Below are positions 39,691-45,088 of a stretch of 45,088 nucleotides of DNA, in pieces (within the stretch, counting starts at the first letter, position 1; each line of letters begins with the position of its first letter). The notes below the pieces were generated by a model that worked only from the letters and a program-made list of their open reading frames with translations, was not told the origin of the DNA and searched no databases. A program made the translations under genes and the position numbers. This DNA comes from Octopus bimaculoides. Taxonomy: Eukaryota. The stretch spans positions 3,873,392-3,918,479 of the forward strand of contig NC_068991.1 of NCBI RefSeq assembly GCF_001194135.2, given 5' to 3'.

Positions 39691-39729
39691 AAGAAATTTT
39701 TATTCAACAAGAGTCTGGCATTGACAGCA

Positions 39730-40135
39730 AATCTTGTTCTGCTGTTTTGATGCAATGATGAAAATAAATCAGTTTGGCTCAACACGTGAGTATACTACAC
39801 AGAGCTGATCATAAACGAAACATGGACTTCTTAGTTTATCGCCATTTGTCGTTGCAGACTGTCCCTCACGATTCTTGATGGGCGTAGAAAAACATAGTGG
39901 CTGTAGAAACTGTCAGCGATTGAATTAAAATAATATATGTGATGGGCGAAGGGAAATGTGAAATGAAAGCATCTCACTTGATGCAATCAGTCATCTTGGG
40001 TAGCTTTAATGATATGGCGTATAAGAATTTTGACTGTCAGTCTTGTACCATTACAGAGTTTTGTGTCGTTCAAATATCGTAGCAACGTAACGGGAACACC
40101 GACTTGCACTTTGAGATTGCGTGGAAGAACGGTTG
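39730..40135 (-). mobile_element. Helitron Pif1-family helicase C-terminal remnant
   Basis: VLPRNLKVQVGVPVTLLRYLNDTKLCNGTRLTVKILIRHIIKAT, then frameshifted QF..PLCFSTPIKNREGQS...LRSPCFVYDQLCVVYSRVEPN. These match Pif1/Helitron LCNGTRL, SQGQS and HGQLYVAxSRV motifs. Confidence 0.85.
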
Positions 40136-40343
40136 AAAATAATCGAGAATTTTTGTTGGGTCGTTGACATCAAGTCTACTAAAATGCTGACATTAATGTC
40201 TTTGGCATCAATGTAACGTCTGGGTTAGTTTATTACCAGCTAAATACCGATCACATTAAGATTCTCTCTCTTTTTCAGGGTTTTGATGGCACATTCAGAA
40301 AGCCATTTGTTGTTGTTATCATTGTTGTGAGATCTTAGAATAT

Positions 40344-41638
40344 AAATATCAGATGAAGCATGATGTTCCTACTAACAGTGTTTAGGACTTGCAATAGACC
40401 TTAAACAAATCTAAATCGAATAATCGTAAACTGCTAGGACATCGTCAATATCAGTGTCTCGCCATCTCTTTCCTTGATTCCTCATCATTTTATCTGAAGG
40501 GTTTCTTGGACTCAAGATTCTTTCCTAGTTCTGTAGAGACTGGAAAGAATTATTTTATAATGTCGAAAATACCTCTTCTCTCGCTGTTTTAACTGTCGTA
40601 TTGGAAAAGGAACGCATTAATTTTCGAGTTCGTTTTTCCTCGTTATATTTTCTATTTCGTTGTAGGCTTTGTATTTTGTTATATAAATTTTATATTTTCC
40701 GTAAAACCAATATTAGGAAGAGCGTCATTATGATAAATGGTAGTTTGATAAATATTTCTTTATTGGCCGGATTTAGATAAATTTATATAAGTGCTTCTTA
40801 CTTTATTATCTACGATAACATTAAGATGATTAAATAGTTTGTTTATGTAGTTAATGGTTTCATTTTGTCTGTGATTAGAGTAAAATTACGAATTGTTCAA
40901 ATTTATGTTGACGTCTAAAACGCTACCTACCATGGCTTCCTTGCTTGCGGCGGAGCCCTTCAACTGGAACAGGCATCGGATAGTTGCCTCGCCAGGTATT
41001 GTTCAGCCTAACATTTTAGGTCCAATAAGGCTTGCATAGCATCTGCGCCCTACTAACATATTTCAAGTAGAAGCCAGGACAAAACATTCAGTGCTAGTAT
41101 AAGTCGCGTGCTCAAGAATGTGGGACCTCCATGATCTTGAGCGCAAGCAAAAGATCACCCAAATGTCCAATGCTATTCCTTGCATATCTGCTTTTATATC
41201 CGACTGACCTTCTCCTAGAGACACGCTTTAACAAGAGATAAGGGCTGCCGCACTCAAAATGGTCGTCCAGTAGGCCGGACACGAACCCAGAATTTCTGAG
41301 GTCTCTCAGGGGTGCTGCTTTGTAACATGGAATCTAGTACAACTTGTTGCATCGTCAGGTAGTCGGCGACAAAATGGCACTCCCGTTAGGCTTGCTTGCT
41401 GAGGATGGTTGCTAGAAACAAATCAGGACTATAGAAAGACCTGTCAAAAGGATACTTACATATACAGGCGCGCACGCGCACGCACGCACACACACACACA
41501 CACACACATACACAAACACACACACACACATACACACATAAACCCAAAATGTCGCAAATATCAGATGAAGATGATGTTCCTACTAACAGAATTTAGGATT
41601 TGCAATAGACCTTTAAAAATCTAAATCGAGTAATCGTA
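40344..41638. repeat. ~85-bp direct repeat pair (40344-40428 and 41556-41638)
   Basis: AAATATCAGATGAAG.ATGATGTTCCTACTAACAG..TTTAGGA.TTGCAATAGACCTT...ATCTAAATCGA.TAATCGTA occurs twice. Confidence 0.85.
40490..40730 (-). mobile_element. Second Penelope-like remnant (thumb-linker region)
   Basis: Minus-strand pieces DALPNIGFTENIKF and RTRKLMRSFSNTTVKT...FSTL*NNSF..L..*ERIL resemble the PLE RKIIWFNPPFSxxVKTNxGxxFLxL motif. Highly degenerate. Confidence 0.5.
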
Positions 41639-42706
41639 GTTATTTCTTTTGTACAACGAGTATGAACAATAACATTTCTTTCGCTTATATGAAGGTTATA
41701 GTTTCAAACCTTCGCTTGTCTTGTGTTTCCCAGGCAGTGACATGTTGATAAATCAGCATGTCACTGGTCACTTCTTTATTAAGTCGCCTGATGAGTTGGG
41801 AGTTGCGTAGCCTGTTACGTAATCTTAAGACTGTGTGCATGTCGCATACCTCACTATACTTGTACTATGATTACGTTACAATACAAAATCTCCACGGAAC
41901 AGCTGTAGAAATACCAGATAAATCTTTCGTCTATTTTATTATATTTTTACGTCGCGGTTAAGGTTCCATTCATTTTTGGATACTTTAGGACACTATTGTA
42001 ATTGCAGATTACCAAACAACTGTGAACTTCTGTTCGTCAATGAATTCTGTGCTGTGACAATGGATAAATTAACTGTTTTGCGCCATGCCGACTGGCCAAT
42101 TTGTGGCATGCCTCATTTTGATATACCTCCATCACTCATTGATCCCCTGTAATCTAAAGTATAAGTAAATATATAATTATAAATATTATANNNNNNNNNN
42201 NNNNNNNNNNNNNNNNNNNNNNNNNNNNNNNNNNNNNNNNNNNNNNNNNNNNNNNNNNNNNNNNNNNNNNNNNNNNNNNNNNNNNNNNNNNNNNNNNNNN
42301 NNNNNNNNNNNNNNNNNNNNNNNNNNNNNNNNNNNNNNNNNNNNNNNNNNNNNNNNNNNNNNNNNNNNNNNNNNNNNNNNNNNNNNNNNNNNNNNNNNNN
42401 NNNNNNNNNNNNNNNNNNNNNNNNNNNNNNNNNNNNNNNNNNNNNNNNNNNNNNNNNNNNNNNNNNNNNNNNNNNNNNNNNNNNNNNNNNNNNNNNNNNN
42501 NNNNNNNNNNNNNNNNNNNNNNNNNNNNNNNNNNNNNNNNNNNNNNNNNNNNNNNNNNNNNNNNNNNNNNNNNNNNNNNNNNNNNNNNNNNNNNNNNNNN
42601 NNNNNNNNNNNNNNNNNNNNNNNNNNNNNNNNNNNNNNNNNNNNNNNNNNNNNNNNNNNNNNNNNNNNNNNNNNNNNNNNNNNNNNNNNNNNNNNNNNNN
42701 NNNNNN

Positions 42707-42748
<42 letters not shown>

Positions 42749-43194
42749 TAATGTATATATGTATGTGTATGTGTATATATATGTATGTGTGTGTGTATGT
42801 ATATTCATACGTACATATATACATAAATGCATACTTACATGTACGTGATTGTATATGCCTGTGTTTATGTGTGTGTAAGTATAATTACAAGTTTGAAAAT
42901 GTACGAGCGTATTAACTTAGTTCCATGCAAGAATATATTACATCAGCCATTAGCGTTTGCGCTGCTAGTTGAATAATGGAAAGGTTACTAAACTATTCAT
43001 GTCCAGAAACCTAGATAAGTCTATATTACTCACTTTGTATACCAAACACAATATTTCATAATGGAATGCCATAATAGTTCTTGTGTTTTATTTTGGTAAA
43101 AAAATATATACATATTGTAAAATGAAAATTCATAACACAGTTCTATAGCCTGCTTTTGGTTTATATGTTGTAGCATATTGTTATGGATATACGG

Positions 43195-43266
<72 letters not shown>

Positions 43267-43430
43267 GAGTGTGCATGCGTGTGTGTGTACGTACGGATGC
43301 TTATAATTTAGGGTATCTCAGAGATACCACCATGCTGAAAACAGCAGCCAAATCTTGACTCTAACCCACAATAAATGTTCATATAGCACCAGGTGCGAAG
43401 ACGAAGAAGAAAAATAAACAAGCAAAAATT

Positions 43431-43503
43431 ACTGGATATTTCCAGATCCCGGATTTGTGGCTTTGCATAAGAAATGCTTTGCCTCATCAGTGGAATATAC
43501 TCA
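43431..43503 (-). ncRNA. Candidate type-I hammerhead ribozyme motif with a core lesion
   Basis: Minus strand: ATATTCCA-CTGATGA-GGC-AAA-GCAT-TTCTT-ATGC-AAA-GCC-ACAA-ATCCGGGAT-C-TGGAAATAT. All three stems pair, but ACAAA replaces the conserved GAAA. Confidence 0.5.
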
Positions 43504-43899
43504 GAAAAGCACATAAATACATACATACACACGCACACACATATATATATATATATATAAACATACGATATACTTACATATACGAACGTATACATACATA
43601 TATATGCACGTATGCATACGACCAGTTTAAATTGCCCGCCTAAGAACTCTTCGTATATTTATACGTATAGTTCCACATCTCATAAACCTGCGTCTTGGTT
43701 TTTAAATACATCTAACGTTTAGAACTGAGCCTAAAAGAGATACACGACATGGTTCTGTCAATTTCAGGTGTCTTAAAGCACGTAACTATTTGTAACTTCT
43801 TTGTAATTGTTTATACACCCCACCCCTACACACAATTATAACAAGAGCAATTACTGGGTAGCTCCACATACTGGAAATAGACACCAAATGGTTCTAAAA

Positions 43900-44012
43900 C
43901 TACCACCTTCACCGTCACCATCATCATAGTCATCATATTTATCATCATCCAGATCTTCTTCCTCATCATCACCACCACCGGCACCCCTACCACTCCCACA
44001 AACGTCATGGTT

Positions 44013-44046
<34 letters not shown>

Positions 44047-44480
44047 CGACGATGATGATGATGCTCATCATCATCACCCTCAGCATCATCAGCAGCAGCA
44101 ACACCACCNNNNNNNNNNNNNNNNNNNNNNNNNNNNNNNNNNNNNNNNNNNNNNNNNNNNNNNNNNNNNNNNNNNNNNNNNNNNNNNNNNNNNNNNNNNN
44201 NNNNNNNNNNNNNNNNNNNNNNNNNNNNNNNNNNNNNNNNNNNNNNNNNNNNNNNNNNNNNNNNNNNNNNNNNNNNNNNNNNNNNNNNNNNNNNNNNNNN
44301 NNNNNNNNNNNNNNNNNNNNNNNNNNNNNNNNNNNNNNNNNNNNNNNNNNNNNNNNNNNNNNNNNNNNNNNNNNNNNNNNNNNNNNNNNNNNNNNNNNNN
44401 NNNNNNNNNNNNNNNNNNNNNNNNNNNNNNNNNNNNNNNNNNNNNNNNNNNNNNNNNNNNNNACCACCACCATCATTATC
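43900..44480. repeat. Compound (CAT/GAT/CAC)n triplet block spanning a gap
   Basis: Directly visible. Confidence 0.9.
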
Positions 44481-45053
44481 ATCGCCATTTCGATATCTAA
44501 TATTATTCAACGTTATCGCCGTTTTGAGTTTTTCTTATTTTTTATTTGTCTCTTCCCGTGTTTTCATTTTAAGATACTATTTAAGATCTTAATCGTATAT
44601 TCATAAACTCATATTGCACAACCATTATCTTGTAAATCAGTCTACAAAATACATAATTTAATATAGCGATTTTCTGGCGAGTTCTTTATATGAATATAAA
44701 AATTCAAGTCTTTATCACAGTCAGTGAGGTACACAACAGTATTGCGGTATATGTAAACAATATTCACATGTTTGTGTGTGTGTGGATTGTGTAAACATAC
44801 GTGAAAGTATAGCTACAATGTCCACACATCATTTATATACATACTGAAAGAACCAAAGAACCAACAACAAGTGTAAATACCTGTACGTGTCCGCACATAT
44901 ACAGACAGACATCATATGAGCGTCTAAGGTTGAAGAATGGATTTCGCTTTCGTTTGTGAATTCGCTCTTTGTCCTTACTGATGAGCCGTACACCATAATC
45001 CGAATGCTCACTGGATGCCGACAATATAAATATATACATGCATACATATACAT

Positions 45054-45088
<35 letters not shown>

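Noticed and set aside
41785-41830. CTGATGAG here and at about 44978 as hammerhead cores
   Set aside because: No correctly placed GAAA or stem II.

Overview
Repeat-saturated, gapped (about 6 kb of N in 12 gaps) eukaryotic scaffold with no recognisable host protein-coding exon. It reads as intronic or intergenic DNA. The microsatellite spectrum and tRNA-derived SINEs point to an octopod cephalopod, probably Octopus (inference). Contents: about 20 SINE copies or fragments built from shared modules, RTE-clade LINE, Penelope-like (GIY-YIG), Helitron (Pif1) and Tc1/mariner remnants, a mariner-type MITE and many simple repeats. Most notable: (1) a ~400-bp sense 28S rRNA fragment (D3 to H44) embedded inside a SINE at 35.1-35.5 kb; (2) a 282-bp fold-back palindrome at 33.07-33.35 kb whose arms each carry a Penelope-type hammerhead ribozyme motif; (3) further hammerhead-like motifs at 0.3, 11.0, 19.3 and 43.5 kb; (4) visible head/body shuffling among SINEs. 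The supplied ORFs are low-complexity, gap-spanning or repeat-derived artefacts. SINE family labels (A, B, E, head-1, head-2) are my working names. All alignments and folds were done by eye; no database search was run.
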